Made by a program: the position numbers and the translations under genes. This document shows positions 23,201 to 36,275 of a DNA stretch of 64,000 nucleotides, one piece after another. The DNA lies in assembly GCA_977018835.1 (NCBI GenBank), contig OZ361261.1, positions 1,798,001 through 1,862,000 of the forward strand, in the 5' to 3' direction. This stretch comes from Minutocellus sp. GHC0000111 (taxonomy: Eukaryota). A model generated the notes under the pieces. That model saw only the letters and a program-made list of their open reading frames with translations, searched no databases and was not told where the DNA came from. Position 1 is the stretch's first letter. Each line of letters begins with the position of its first letter.

Positions 23201-24229
23201 CAGCTTCCGCGGCCGAGGCCACCTCCCAAGGACGCAAGATTGCGCGTGAACATGAGACTTGCCGACATCCACAACCTTGTCCGCCCAAGCTTTATCGCCG
23301 GCAGCGCTCGAGTTGCACCGGCCCCGCCTCCTCCATCACAAGGACAAGCCGCTCTCGGTCAGATGGCGCCGCAACCTGCAGCAGCCCCAGCTCCAAGCGC
23401 TTATGCTACCGACTTGCTCTCCATGGGCGCTGCTCCGGCTCCTCAGCCACCCGCTCAACAGCAGCAGCAGCAGGTGTCCAGGCGCGATACTTTCGCCCCG
23501 CAGACGAGCACCGATTAGCTTGCCGACATTTTCAGTGCTGCAGCAGTAACTTCTGCTGCTGCACCGGCTCCGTCGGCACCGGTGCCAGCTGCCCAGCCTG
23601 TACCTGCACCTGCTGCCATGCCGCCGGCTCATGGTGCTCCCTCGCCCAGTATGCAGCAAATGCAGGGATCGGTGCCAGCTCCAACCCCGGCTGCTCCTAT
23701 ACCGGCGATAATCGCACAACCAGCTCACGCAACGCAGCAGCAGTATCGGCCGCAGCAGCAGCATCAAATGCCCGGTGTACGCGCGATGGCGTCTCCCCAA
23801 CCAAGTAATCAACCTGCACAACATTATGCGCAGTCGGCAGCTCATCCCGGGGCCATGCAGCAGCAAGGGGGGTATCAGACTGCGCCGGCAGTGCAAGGGT
23901 ACCAAAAACAGTCGCAACAGCGTCCTATGCAAGGTTATGGGCAGCAGCCGCAGCAACAACAGGCGGCACCGTCTGCTCAAGCAATGACTGGCTACCAGGT
24001 CTCTCAGACTCAGCAACCTCAGCAGCAGCGACCACCTTCTATGGCAGCTTATCCTCCAGCCACAACTTATGGACAGCAACAGCAACAGCAACATCCAGGA
24101 ATGTATCAACAGCAACAGCAACAGCCATCTGCACAGCAGATGCAGCAGTACCCGGGAGCCGCGCCGCCCCAGCAAGCCCAGCCAAATGTGAATCTAAACA
24201 ATTTGGCCCAGTTCGATCCATTTAAGTGA
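20204..24229 (+). CDS. DENN-domain protein with ENTH-like domain and Q/P-rich tail; intron 20694-20963; in-frame TAG at 23516-23518
   Basis: RFAFP, HTFAMQ...RVYG, LLCERRVV and WQHVYVP...APMPYLVG DENN motifs; WKHG..ALQLL..LLLHG; C-terminal DPF. Confidence 0.85.
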
Positions 24230-24367
24230 TGATCTCTTCAAGCTAACAGCAACCCGTAAAGATAATCGTTTTTTTTCTTAGCTTTGACTAGCTACGTAGC
24301 TATCTAGGATAGATATTTTCGAGGTTACCTTTACCATACCAACGACTAGTTGGCTATATCTATTTAG

Positions 24368-27300
24368 TTACTGAAGGGGGCCAAAGTGGCTGCTACTGTA
24401 TGCGTTTGCCTCTGCGTCCATATCAGCGGTGTCCTGTTGGTCAACGCCGTTGAATGCCCCATCGCCAAAAATATCGTCGAGAGGATCGTCACCCTCTAAT
24501 AGAGCCGGCGGTTGTGATCCAACCGAGGCCATGGCTTCATTAGACGCCGCGGTGTGATTCGAGCCCATAGAAACAGCGTCCATGTCGATCTTCATGAAGC
24601 CGTCCGCGGGTTCAAAAGGAGCCGCGATTGCCATTCCTGTAGCAGGATCCTCCTTGACAGTCGCGATGACATCGGCTTCGACAGCGACCTCTACCGAATC
24701 GTCCACATTGGGGATATCGCGGCGCTTGTAGTACAAGCAGTAAGCGGCTGGTGATACAATGTCGGACTCGTTCACATCTTCGGTAACTCGACTGTCGTCA
24801 AAGTTGCACCACTTTCCATCGTCGTCCTTGGCATAGGCAGTGTAGTGACCGCCCCCAAGGCCACCGAAATGATTACTCACGGCATACAAATCATAGATTG
24901 GCTCCTCTCCTTCCTTCCAGCTCATTACAAACTGCGATAGGTCGAGGCCTTCGATCGGAAAGTCGATAAAGGTGTCGATTTTGTTCCGGCGGTGGGTGGT
25001 GGGAGAGAAGATGAAGCGCTTCAAATTGACGACGAGGATGGGAGGCGCCTTGTAGATGTGTTCTTCCTTGAATCCCCGAACATGCTCCTTGCAGCTACTG
25101 CAGTACCATGCTTCGGACTCTTCCAGCTGCTCCCTCTCGCAGTGCTTGGCGATACAATCCATGAGGGTCACGGCATCGGCCTTCTTCTTGGGACTACCAG
25201 TACCCGGCATATCGTCGACCTTTTCCCATTCTTCCTTGTCGAAGTACTCCTGGCAAAGGCCGGCGGGCCAGTGAAGGTAAACAATATCCTTCTCACCGAC
25301 AACATCTGCGACGCTTTCGCTCTCGTCGGGATCTGAAGGCAATGCTGAGACGTTGGCCTCGGTAGTAATGTGGCCCGATTGCTGCCTCATCAGCGCCCCA
25401 AGCTTGCGGTAGGAACTGGAAGAAGTAGCGGAATAGCCAGACCGCGAGGCCTTGCCGTAAGTGAGAGGGATCTGTTGTAAAATATCCAACGGAGTGGTCT
25501 TGGAAGGCTTTCCGTCCGAGGACTTCTCCTCGCCTACTTCCGCCTTGATAACACTGGGGGGGGCGGCGCTTGGGCTCTTGGCATCGGTAGGAGTTGTCAA
25601 TAAGCCACTCGCTCGAGGGTCGTCATCAGTGACGGTCATCACCGCATCCGACGCTCGGTCCTCCTTAGCTTCCTCGTTGCTAGGGACTTCCAGTTTGAGA
25701 CCCCGAGATAACTGCTCTGCAAGCAGCTCACGAAGGCCAGTGACAGTGAGAACTGACGATATCCGCAGAAGGAGGGGTGTGGTGAAGGGATCTTCTGACA
25801 TGGACACGCCTGTCCCCTTCTTAACAAGTCGAACTTGGATGGTGATCCCATCCTTCTTCTTTTCCTTTTCTTGCTGTTCCTTCTCCTTTTCTTTCTTCTG
25901 TTGAGCAATGATCCACTCTCGGAGCTTCTGCGCACAACGAACGAAGATGGCAAAATCCTTCGCCGTGTGAATTTTCTGAAACTTCGATAATGTGTCCATA
26001 TCGAGTCTATCAGCAAGAGGCTGCCCATCTTCGTTGATGCTGATTTCGTCGTCGTCTTGCTCCAGGGCGTCGTCAAAATCGGAAATTTCCCTGATTTCGC
26101 TTTCAGCGGCTGGGTCCACAGGATCCTCGTCCATGGCACTCGGTGTGGTGCTGGTACCAGGACCGACCGCGACAACGCTATCAGAACATCGTTCAAGCTT
26201 CTTGATAGTCTTGAGCATTTGCTCGTAGAACGGCATAACTTTGTCAAGATCTGGTTCTTCTCTGCCCCCAAACCACCGGTGGTACGTAAAACTATTCTTG
26301 ACATACGAATTGAGAAGCATATCTACCCAAGCATTCTCTTTCTCATTGAGCTTCTCCATGATGGTTGCATCGCTATCAATATCGTATCGCTGCAATTTGT
26401 CCCCTTTGACCTTCCTCGCAGAAGCTTCTGCCGGCAACTCTTGTGCATCCGCCACATCGGCATCATCTGAGGCTTCCATGGCCGCCTCGGTGACCGCATC
26501 GGTCTCTTCGTGGATCTCGGCAATGGGACGCAATTCGTAGGCAAAGGTGGTGTCAGACTCTTTGATTTCGTCGACGCACTTGTTGAGATCGTCATACCAA
26601 GACCAGACCTTGTGGTGCCACATGTCGGCTAGACGTACGTCGTCGTCGTGGATCGTGCCGGCAGTGGAATCTCCATTTTCCGCATAGATCTTGTTAACTG
26701 TCTCCACAATCTTGGCCCTCAGACCCTCAATATTGGCCGTCCGACTTACAGTGACCGACAGCTTCGTCCTCCGTTTGCTGGAATCAAGTGGGACGAACGT
26801 CACCTCAATGGGACGATCCGAAGCCCCAGGGATTGGAACAGGAAGGTACATGCACGGGTCATACGTTGTTGATACCTTGCCGCACTGCGCATGGGGGCAC
26901 TGAACGCGGGTTTTGAACTGCCCAAAGAAAATCTCCACAATCCGGCTGTTTTCGCGTTGGAGATGTGCCTCCCACGCCCGAAGTGCCGCCTGATCATCGG
27001 TCTCGTCATCCTTCTTCTCCGGCTTCTCCACATAGGGCTTTTTGAGGATACGATTCGTATCCTCGTGGAGCGAATCGAGAAGGTAGGCGGCGAGCTCGTG
27101 GGAATCGTGTTGGTCGTATCCAACAAATTGCGACGCGTACTGGCCAAGGATCGTCTTGAATTGCCGCGGATAGACAGCGGAATTGTTGTATGAGCTGGAG
27201 AAGTACGTGCTTCCAATTCCACTGTACAGACCGCCCGACGCACTGCCATTCGAGGATGCACTGTCACCGCCGCTGATGCCCCACATCTCCTTGAGGAGCT

Positions 27301-29234
27301 TGGCAAACTCTGTGGTCAGGTTGCCCCCCGTTCCCAATGGGTTGTCGCGATTCAGATCAGCCTGGTAGTTGCCATACACAAAGTACTGTCGCAAGGGAGC
27401 CGTGTGAGCTAGGCACTGTAGCGTGCTGTTCATGAAGCAGGTGTTGCCCAGATTGCCAAGCCCGGTGGCATGCCGCCGTTTCTTGGTCGCCGTCGCCACG
27501 ACTGTCGCCGACACCGCGGCGGCTTCCGCCGTCGCATCTACCATCGACGCGTCATTGGTCCCAGCATTTGTGGTTTCATCTTCCACTTGAATCGGATTGG
27601 CCACCGTACTTCCGCCGCCGGACCGTTCCCGTGCCGCTTCCGCTGCTGCCGCCGCGATCGACGACGTCGTCGATGGTCCGAGAGGAATGATGGCATTGCT
27701 ATCGGCCATGGTCGCTTCCGAGTCGGGAATTTCATCCGCAGGGTTGGCGTCACTCTGCAAGGAAAGAGGAAAGACAAAAAGGGCGATTAGAAAACACATC
27801 ACATGGCTAAGCGAAAACGCACAGGGTGCATATTCCCGCCGCGCTGCACGTACCATCTGGGCATCCCCGTGGGGGGTGGCGGGAGCAGATGCCTTCTCCT
27901 CCTCTTCGGCCTCCTCCCTCGCCTTCATCGTCACACGATCGTCCATCCCCCCGTACCGCCACTTGCCGCTCTCGGGCACGTCGATCAGCGCGTGCTTCAC
28001 CCCGTCGACGACCTTGCTGTTCTCCTTCACGGCCGCGTCACCATAGAAGCCATCGTCGCCATCGTCGAGGGCAATCGGCACCACCACCGACAGCGTGCTT
28101 GGCCGTCCCCACGCCTTCTTGCCCACCTCGAGACGGCAGGGGATGGAAACGTCGTACCCGAATTTGGTCGAGAGGAGGTCCCAAACGGCCGGTCCGACCA
28201 GGGTGTAGTCCATCCCAAAGTAGGATTCCGGCTTGAGGATACGAGAAGGAGCGGCGCTTGCACTTGGGGCTGGAGCGGGCGCTGGAGCAGGACCGGCCAC
28301 CTTGGCGGCCCACCGAGCCTTGCGTTCCTCTCGGCTTTCCTCCTCTCTCTTCTTCCTTTCCTCCTGCTTTTCCTGATGCTTGGCATCCAGCAAGTCGTGA
28401 TTGACAATTTTCTCCGGCCGGTCGCAGTTGCCATCGGTGTCGTTGAGATAGCGCAGCAGGCGGGCCATCCATCGCTTGGGGATGACGTAGTGATGAAAGG
28501 TCTTGGAGAGGGAGTCATCGGCCTTGTTGGTGCGGATGGCCTCGAGCTTTTCGGCGTCGTCCTCCTATGGTGAGAATGTGAATGCAGAGTCGAGAAGTTT
28601 GTTTTAGCAATACAACTAAACGTAGACAGAGGGTGCCACAATAAAAAACCCAGGCCAGGCTGCGCAGCATAGCACATGAAAAACGACGATGCAAATAATG
28701 CATTCGCAAGCTCCAACAAAATAAAAGAAACGATCGAGATGTGCCATTTTCATGTGTGTGTCGATATGCTCGGACCGAATCCACAAGCTAGATATTAATA
28801 TGATTGATATCGCAACCCGACGCAAACTCTTCTTCGTACACGGATAGCAGCAAACTTACCCTGGCCAGATGGACCGCCCGTGCGATGGTGTCCGGTGAGG
28901 CCGTAGCGACGGCCGGCGGCGGCGGCGGCGGGGAGGCACTGCTGGTCGCTGTGCCGTTCACAGCCTTGCCCCATGCCATCTTGGTCGTGCTGCTGTCATT
29001 TACCGCAGATGAAGGAGTCGCTGCCGGCGTCGACGATGCGGATGGCCCAACACCATCCATAAAGCCTTCTGTCGCAGCAGCAACAGGAGCAGCACTGGCG
29101 GGCGCCGCCGGTGCTGGAGGGTCCGGCGAGCCCCACGCGCTGCCGCCCGCCGCCACCGCCGCGGCCCGGCCGCCCCGCAGGCCGTTCGTCGGCGGTGCAG
29201 ACGACGACGAGGGAGCGGCAGGGTCGGTTCCCAT
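24368..29234 (-). CDS. Ubiquitin-specific protease (USP4/11/15-like, DUSP + C19); introns 28565-28859 and 27755-27853
   Basis: GLGNLGNTCFMNS Cys box, QHDSHE, WYCSSCK and NHFGGLGGGHYTA His box; splice sites restore the frame. Confidence 0.92.
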
Positions 29235-29487
29235 GGTGTGAATCGGTTGGTAACTTTTGTGCTTTTTGCCGGTCCTTCCTCTTGAGGCTCGTCTCGCTCT
29301 GTCTTTGGAGTGGGATGGAAGGCCGGAGAAGCAATAAATAATAAAAAATGAGCTTGACTTGAACTGAAATCGGGCTGGGATGACGGATGGACGGCCAGAC
29401 CAAAAATTGCGGGAATCGGAAAAACAGAAAAGTTCTAAGTTCCAGTCATACATGTACAGGGACGCCGGGACGTGGAACCGTAGAAAG

Positions 29488-30629
29488 ATGGAGAATAAAG
29501 ATAGCAATAGCATCCCCAAAGGCACATGTGCTGGTTATAGGGCCAGAGCAAACGACGAGGAGGCATTGGCCGGCGCGTCCGACCAGCTTGGATCGATGAC
29601 GCTGGCCGCCGATGACTCGCCAACGAGTGTCAGCAAAGATTCGGATAAGTGTTGCGCCTCGTGCGGCAAGACAGGTTCTACGCTCAAGAGATGCACGGCG
29701 TGCAAATCGGTTTCGTATTGCGGTGTGAATTGCCAGATCGATCATAGGAAATCACATAAGAAGGAATGCAAGCGCATCAAGAAGGAACTTGAGGCCAAGG
29801 AGGAACAGAGTGAAGAGAGGAGGAAATGGAGGGGAAGGGTGGCGCCAAAAAGGAGGAGAAGTTTAGCTTGTGGAATCCGAGGCCAAGACCAGAATGCCCC
29901 ATCTGCATGGTTGTGATGCCTTTGAATTCCTCAATGCAAACGTACATGCAATGCTGTGGTAAAGTTATTTGCTCCGGCTGTGTCTATGCGCATCATAAGG
30001 TCGACGCCGATGGTGCGTGTCCATTTTGTAGACATTTGGCACCCGATTCCGATGAGAAAATATTCGAGAGCATCGTGGCACGAGTCGATTCATGCGATGC
30101 TTGCGCGATGTTTCATCTCGCCAAGCACTACGACGAAGGAGATTTCGGTCTTCAAGTGGACATCGCGAAAGCCCTTGGTTTGCTGCAGCGAGCCGCGGAT
30201 CTTGGCAGCATCGAAGCAAATTTGAATCTTGGCACGCGATACTTTGGCGGCGGTTATGGCGGCCTTCCCAAGAGTAATCTAAAGGCGAGGTTACACTGGC
30301 AATTCGCAGCAAAAAATGGAGATCCCGATGCTCACTTAAGACTTGGTCTTTTTGAGTGCCATGTAAATGGGAACCGTGATCTTGGAACTAGACACGTGCG
30401 CATTTCGGCACAACTTGGGGACAAAAAGGCAATGACTTTCCTTAAAGAGATGGTAATTCTTGGGGACATAAACAAAGAGGAACTGGAGGAGTCGGAAAAG
30501 GCATGCGATGCAGCCCTTGAGGCCATGAGAACCGAAGAGCGAGATCAGCACATATTACATCTTCAAAATGTCGGAGAACATAAAGGCAGCATCATCGATG
30601 CCTATTGTGGTGATCTATTCCCGCAATAA
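29488..30629 (+). CDS. MYND zinc finger + RING-like + Sel1-repeat protein, frameshift near 29820
   Basis: CASCGK...CTACK..YCG..CQ..H..HKKEC; ECPICM...CCGKVICSGC...CPFCR; Sel1 repeats; start uncertain. Confidence 0.8.
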
Positions 30630-30652
30630 ACCTGGTCGATTTATGGACTGTA

Positions 30653-32081
30653 CCTACGAGGTCGCGGACAGCAGTTTCAGGGACCCGGTTTTCGGGTCTT
30701 TGGGCAAAATCTCATAAAAATCAGCACAAACGCACGCAGCTTGCAGCATTTATTTGCTATCATCCTGTCTTCAAGATGGCGGTGACGGCAGTGCCGACGG
30801 CATCCGCTTCACGCAAGGGATAAGCGTGGTATCTCCAGAACGGGTTGGTCCTTGACCTTGGACCGACTCGGAGATCTCGATTTCATCTTCCCATGCCAGC
30901 GTCTGGCCGATTCACCCCATCCATCGCCCCTCCCGACTTCTGCCAGTTTTTCCGATGACAACCGGTCACCTCCTCCACCTCCCGACCCCACCACCACCTC
31001 CCAAATGCATTGATTCAAGTAGCCATGTGGTTTGAGCTCCGATGTCGGTCTCCATGGTCCCCATAATGATGGCGTGTCTTGTGCGGTCCGGGTGACCCCG
31101 CGCCAAAATCGAGCGGGCAAAAAAATCATCACCCGCCCGGCGCGCCCGCCACTCAATGAAACCTTCCTCATTTCCAACCCACCCGACATACAAACTGTTG
31201 CTCTACTGCCACAAAATACTGCATCCAACACCATATTAATGCAAATGGCTGTTACTACTGCTGCCACCGCAGCTGATGCGCCAGCATGTCGCCGCTCCCG
31301 TCGGTCCGGCAGCTCCATCCCATGCTTTGATTATTTTGTCCATCGGAGCGGCACCATCGATGCCTCTGCGATTCGTGGCAAGTCTCCTGGGATGATCCAG
31401 ACCATAGCGAACCGGGCATGGGCGGGCCTCTCACTTCAGAAACAGCAGGATATTATGGAGCAAGCCCGAGAGGATGGCCATTGCATTTGTTGCCGCTGTC
31501 TTTGACGGTTCTCTTGAGAATGGGGGTGCGAGGTTGTAAAACTGCCACTGGTACGAGCTCAAGCTCCTAAAATAGCGGAGCGAGCTCAGTACGAAGCAGT
31601 AACACAGCCTGATGGTTCAATACGGTACCCAAATACCAACCCCGATGGGACACCAAAGGAACCTCTTCGCCGGAAAGGAGAGTCGTTTCTTGTTGATTGT
31701 TGCGTTACTGGATCGAACGAAGGCACCAAAAAGGATCCGAAATGCTCTTTGCTCCTCGTATTCAAGGAGACTATTTTCCCAGCGATTCTCAACCTTGTCG
31801 GTGTCCGGGCAAGCAATACGAAGATTGCCATGTTATTATCCAGGGCGACCAGGCCGGGCCTCACGAGGACGGAACCTTCACGCAATTTGTTACTAACTTC
31901 TGTGTCGGCAGAAGTTGCCCAGTTTATTTGTGGTAATTGCTTGGAGGTCGGTTGTTGACGGATGTGTTTTGATTTGCTTGCTTTGCCGCGTGTTTTTCAA
32001 GGTGCGCGCAAACCGCCGTGTCGGAAAGTCCAAAGACCCAAAAACCCGGGTCCCCGAAATTGCTGTCCCGGACCTCGTAGG
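30653..32081 (+). mobile_element. Internally deleted mariner-like element
   Basis: ~51-bp TIRs CCTACGAGGTC...GGGTCTTTGG (30653-30703 / 32030-32081), flanking TA at both ends; transposase remnant VDCCVTGSNEGTKKDPK...IIQGDQAGPH at ~31690-31900. Confidence 0.88.
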
Positions 32082-33206
32082 TACCGGTGAAAATTAAGCA
32101 GAATAATTATATTACAATAAAATAACTAATAGGTTCATGCAAAAAAACTTCAACTTCCTTTCTTCATCAAACTCCCATCGTTGATCCGATAACATTGTCC
32201 CTCTGAACTTGAAAGTAACATTCATCCCACTTAACACGGTGCCGGAAAGTTAGAAGAACCATCGACAATAGCTTTGCCACAATCCCTCGGCCAAGTAATC
32301 AACTTTTCCATCAGGTTTTGAATATCCTTTATGCACCCCAAGATGGTCTCGAATGGCTGCAACACAAGCCACACCTTTTTGAAATAAGAATTATGGGATG
32401 TTTCAACATAAGTTTTGTAGCTAGTGAGAAAGTTCATCAAAATATGTAGCTCTTCGAGTATTCGAAATTGCAAAACAAACAACTCTTACCAAGCAAGCAG
32501 CAGCGGCAACGGGCCACGCAATGAAGATCAAAAGGGCGATCCAAATTATAGAGTATAGAAAGTTGTTTCGCGCCATGATGATGGGATGTCGGTTCTTTAA
32601 GCAGTTCTACGAGTCAAAATGAAGAGAAGTAAATGCTGAGCAAATTGTTTGCAGTGTGCACAATGTGCACTTAACCACGCATGTATCTCGATCGTAATCA
32701 TTTCGTCTTCGCAACAGTACATCTCGGCGCTCAGCCCGCACCCCGCCTTACTACGAGTATTCCAAGCGCGATCGCGATGTCGGCATGCTGGCGGTGGCGA
32801 AATGCCAAACGAAAACGAACGTCTCCGTCGTGCCAATTGTTCAAATCAATGCTGAATAAACAGCAGGGTGGCGGTCCAACTTACGTTCACTTCGGTCGAG
32901 CGAGCAGTGAGAAGAATGAGACCGCAAGCTGATAACGCGCCAATGAGCAAAGCAGCGGAATTTGTGGGAACCCGGAATGAGGTAGACGGAATGGCTGGCC
33001 GATCGGACAGTTGGGATCTTGGCACCATCCAAGTCATCGAAGCAGCATAGCACAGGCCAATAGTCTGAGAGGGGTTGCTAGATACATATATTAGCATTCA
33101 ACCCTAAAAAGGCAAATCAGAAGGACTGACATGCGAAGAACCAGAAAGACGACGACTTGCATTGTGAGATCGGTTTGTTGTTCCATTCGATCGAGATAAC
33201 TCTCCT

Positions 33207-34373
33207 TTATTGCTTATTGCTCTTGACATTGAGCACATTTTTCATCTGCTCATAAACAAAGAACATGGTACCGACCATGGGAACAACCTTGAGGAGTTCC
33301 GGTGGCAGACCACGATATATGCCACTCACACCCTCCCGGGTCATGATGTTGCGAATTTGCTGCCCTGCCGATAATCGATCCTCGGGAGCAATGTGCAAGT
33401 TTTGTATTTGCATCCTCCGACGGACGGTATCGAATGGAAATGTAACCAACGTCGACATGGACCCGCTGGCCGCACCACACATTAGAGTCAGGAAGAATCC
33501 CATGGTCTCCTCTCCACTTTTATCATCAACCTTGCGAAGGTTGTAACATAAGTCATCGTCCAACGCATACTCCTTCAAACTTCCATAAACTGTGTAGGAA
33601 ATGGCAAAGCTGGGTACCGCCACGGCCAATGTTGGACCAATACCTGAGTAAAACCCCATCAAACCCTCCGATGTGCCAATTTTGCGAAAGGCGTCCGTTA
33701 TGCCCCGGTAGTGTTCCCGGCCCTCCAGCTCCGTCGTGAGTCGGGTACGGACCAGATCCAGCGGATAGCAAGCGATGCACGCCATACTTCCTGCCGTGGC
33801 ACCGGCAATGAAGCGATGAAATTTGCTCGTCTCATTCTTGGCCGGGGTGGGATGGCCATCCTCATCCTCATGCTCCCTCTGTAGTCCATTGAGCGTATCG
33901 AGCGCATTCTCGTAGACGAAAAAGTTAATGGCCGAGAAGGGGAATCGATGGAGGACACTGGTGGCGTTGCCCTTCCACAGACTGCGGAAGCCGCCTCGCT
34001 CGACAATCTTTTGCACGCCCTCGCCCATCGTCATGGCGAAACGCGGTCGGTGCTCCTTGGTCGTTACCATGGAATGCACTTGGAACAGGATGGTAAGCCG
34101 ACTGAAGGGTGCCGTTACCGTTTTCGCCACGGAGCCCGCTACTCCGCCGCATACCAAGTGTTTGGCCGCCGCTATGCCTCGATTTTCCACCTCCTCTTCT
34201 ACCACTACTTGATGCGGTTGTGATGGTGCCGCCGCAAGCGATGCTGATGGTGGAGTGGCAAGGGGAGTATTCCTTCGCATTATTGTGTCGTCGGCAGTGG
34301 AGGACGATTCGTCATCTTGTTGCAGTTTCCAATCGCTCGGCCGTTTCGTCGCGAATCCTTGTAATACGCCCAT
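33207..34373 (-). CDS. Mitochondrial carrier family (SLC25) protein
   Basis: Three repeats with Px(D/S)xx(R/K) signatures (APFSRL, YPLDLVRTR, FPFDTVRRR); start uncertain. Confidence 0.9.
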   Translation of the reverse strand: MGVLQGFATKRPSDWKLQQDDESSSTADDTIMRRNTPLATPPSASLAAAPSQPHQVVVEEEVENRGIAAAKHLVCGGVAGSVAKTVTAPFSRLTILFQVHSMVTTKEHRPRFAMTMGEGVQKIVERGGFRSLWKGNATSVLHRFPFSAINFFVYENALDTLNGLQREHEDEDGHPTPAKNETSKFHRFIAGATAGSMACIACYPLDLVRTRLTTELEGREHYRGITDAFRKIGTSEGLMGFYSGIGPTLAVAVPSFAISYTVYGSLKEYALDDDLCYNLRKVDDKSGEETMGFFLTLMCGAASGSMSTLVTFPFDTVRRRMQIQNLHIAPEDRLSAGQQIRNIMTREGVSGIYRGLPPELLKVVPMVGTMFFVYEQMKNVLNVKSNKQ

Positions 34374-34656
34374 GTTGATATAATAAGCTCTATACAAAGG
34401 CCTGGAATATCAGATGTTGGGATGGATGTGTGCACTTCGTAAGCCGGGCGGCTCGTCTCTGTCTTGTTGATACGATACCTTGAAGCCCCGCTGGTTGGTT
34501 GCTGAAATGAACGTGAGGGCAGATCTCGTTCGAACGATGGCAAGACCATATGACGTCACCGAAATTCAATCGCTTGGTTTGTCTGATCCCGTTTTTCTCT
34601 TACGTTGCCTTGCTTTTGCTCCATGAGCTCAAAAGTAACTCCAAGGACCAGCAACC

Positions 34657-35711
34657 ATGAAGACCACCGCCGCCCTTACCCTTGCCCTGGCCGGATCCGC
34701 CGCCGCCTTCGCCCCCCAGACCTCGGTCAACAAGGTCGCCGCCCCCAGGTGCGTGCTCGATTTGCGGGTGCCTTTCGCGGCGGAATACCGCGGCGAAACA
34801 CATGATGGGCCGGCAAGTTGAACGAAGCGAGACGAAGGATCGGCGGTATTTCCGGGTTTCTTTGTATTGGTACCGAATAACAAGGAGGGAGGGGCTACCG
34901 AGAATGGCGGGTGGATTGTGGCTGGCAATGGCACAATACCGATGGCAGCATATATGTTTTGCGGGCATCATAACGCATGATACAGTATCCTAGCGCATCT
35001 TGTATTCTTTTTTCATGTTTCTCTCAAATTCCGTCACGAACCGCTTGCCCCGAAAAATCTGCCCCTGCTTGGAATGGTTTCTCGTTATGTGCTTGATGCC
35101 ATGCCCTGATTATCACGATAATATGCTACTATTGCAGCTCCTCCAGCCTCAACTTCTACCCCTCCATGTTCCCCGAGGACGTCTTCGGCGAGGGCGTCAA
35201 GGACTGGAAGGAGGAGTACGCCCCCTTCGCCAAGTACGGCTGGGGTCCCTCCGTCCAGGCCGAGAAGTGGAACGGCCGTCACGCCATGTTCGGCTGGGTC
35301 TTCATGTGCGCCACCGCCTACGCCAAGGGCCACGGACTCATCCCCGATGCCGACACCATCCTCAACCTCAAGGAGTGGGGCACCCTCGCCACCATCTCCA
35401 ACAAGGACACCATCACCAACGAGCGCGCCATCATCCTCATCGCCAACGTCCACTTCCTCTTCCTTTCGGTCTGCGCCACCCTCTGCCCCCTCCCCTTCTC
35501 CGACCCCCTTCTTCTTGAGCCCGGCACCGAGGACGAGGAGCCCTATGGCCTCATCCCCAACTACAAGGACATGGGCGTTACCAAGACCGCCGAGATGATC
35601 AACGGCCGTCTTGCCATGCTCGGCATCGTCGCCCTCATGGGCAACTCCGCCGTCACCGGCCGATCCATGATCGACATCATCAACGAGTGGGTCGGTGGTG
35701 CCTACTTCTAA
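34657..35711 (+). CDS. RedCAP: Red-lineage chlorophyll-binding-like protein (RedCAP); intron 34749-35137
   Basis: Signal peptide ending AAAF; AEKWNGRHAMFGW, NERAIILIANVH and AEMINGRLAMLG; strong codon bias. Confidence 0.85.
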
Positions 35712-36275
35712 ATTGTTTTTTGCAATTTTGAAAGGATACGCATGATATGTATCTGACGACGGTAGTGAAAACATTTATTTGGGCTAATATTTATTTATTG
35801 ACGTTTCATCACGATGTCACGTGGAACAAACACTTGGGTGGGCTCGCTGAACAAGCAAGTTCCACCTTTTATCTATTTGGAGCGCACCGATGGAGAGTTG
35901 GTGTGATCTCTGGAAGAACTTTATACATTTTACTTATTGGATGGTCGGCGTTTTTGCTAGGCGTCGGCGTCTGCCTTTTGGGAGGCGAGTGGTGTGCGTG
36001 CGAGATGAGAGAAAAATGAAACATGTCGCCGCGTGGTACTTCGCTTCTTGGTTTTGCGCGTGTATAAGATGCATACGCAAGAGTTACTTATTGGAAATCG
36101 GCAAGATTTCCTTTGGCTTAGAGAGATGTAAATGGAATAGAACATTTGCTTTCTCGAAACGTATTCTTCTATCTATGATAATATAAGAACTGTGAATTTT
36201 TACATCGAACGAGCTTGCTCGACAACTCATCACAGTCATGGCGTGTGAGGTTTTCTCGCAATCACCACCAACCAA

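Noticed and set aside
23516..23518. TAG reassigned to Leu (variant genetic code)
   Set aside because: TAG is the genuine stop of several genes here (e.g. 472-474, 50168-50170, 62822-62824); a single case is better explained as an error or allele
32100..33200. Short ORFs between the TE and the mitochondrial carrier
   Set aside because: No recognisable motif or consistent reading frame
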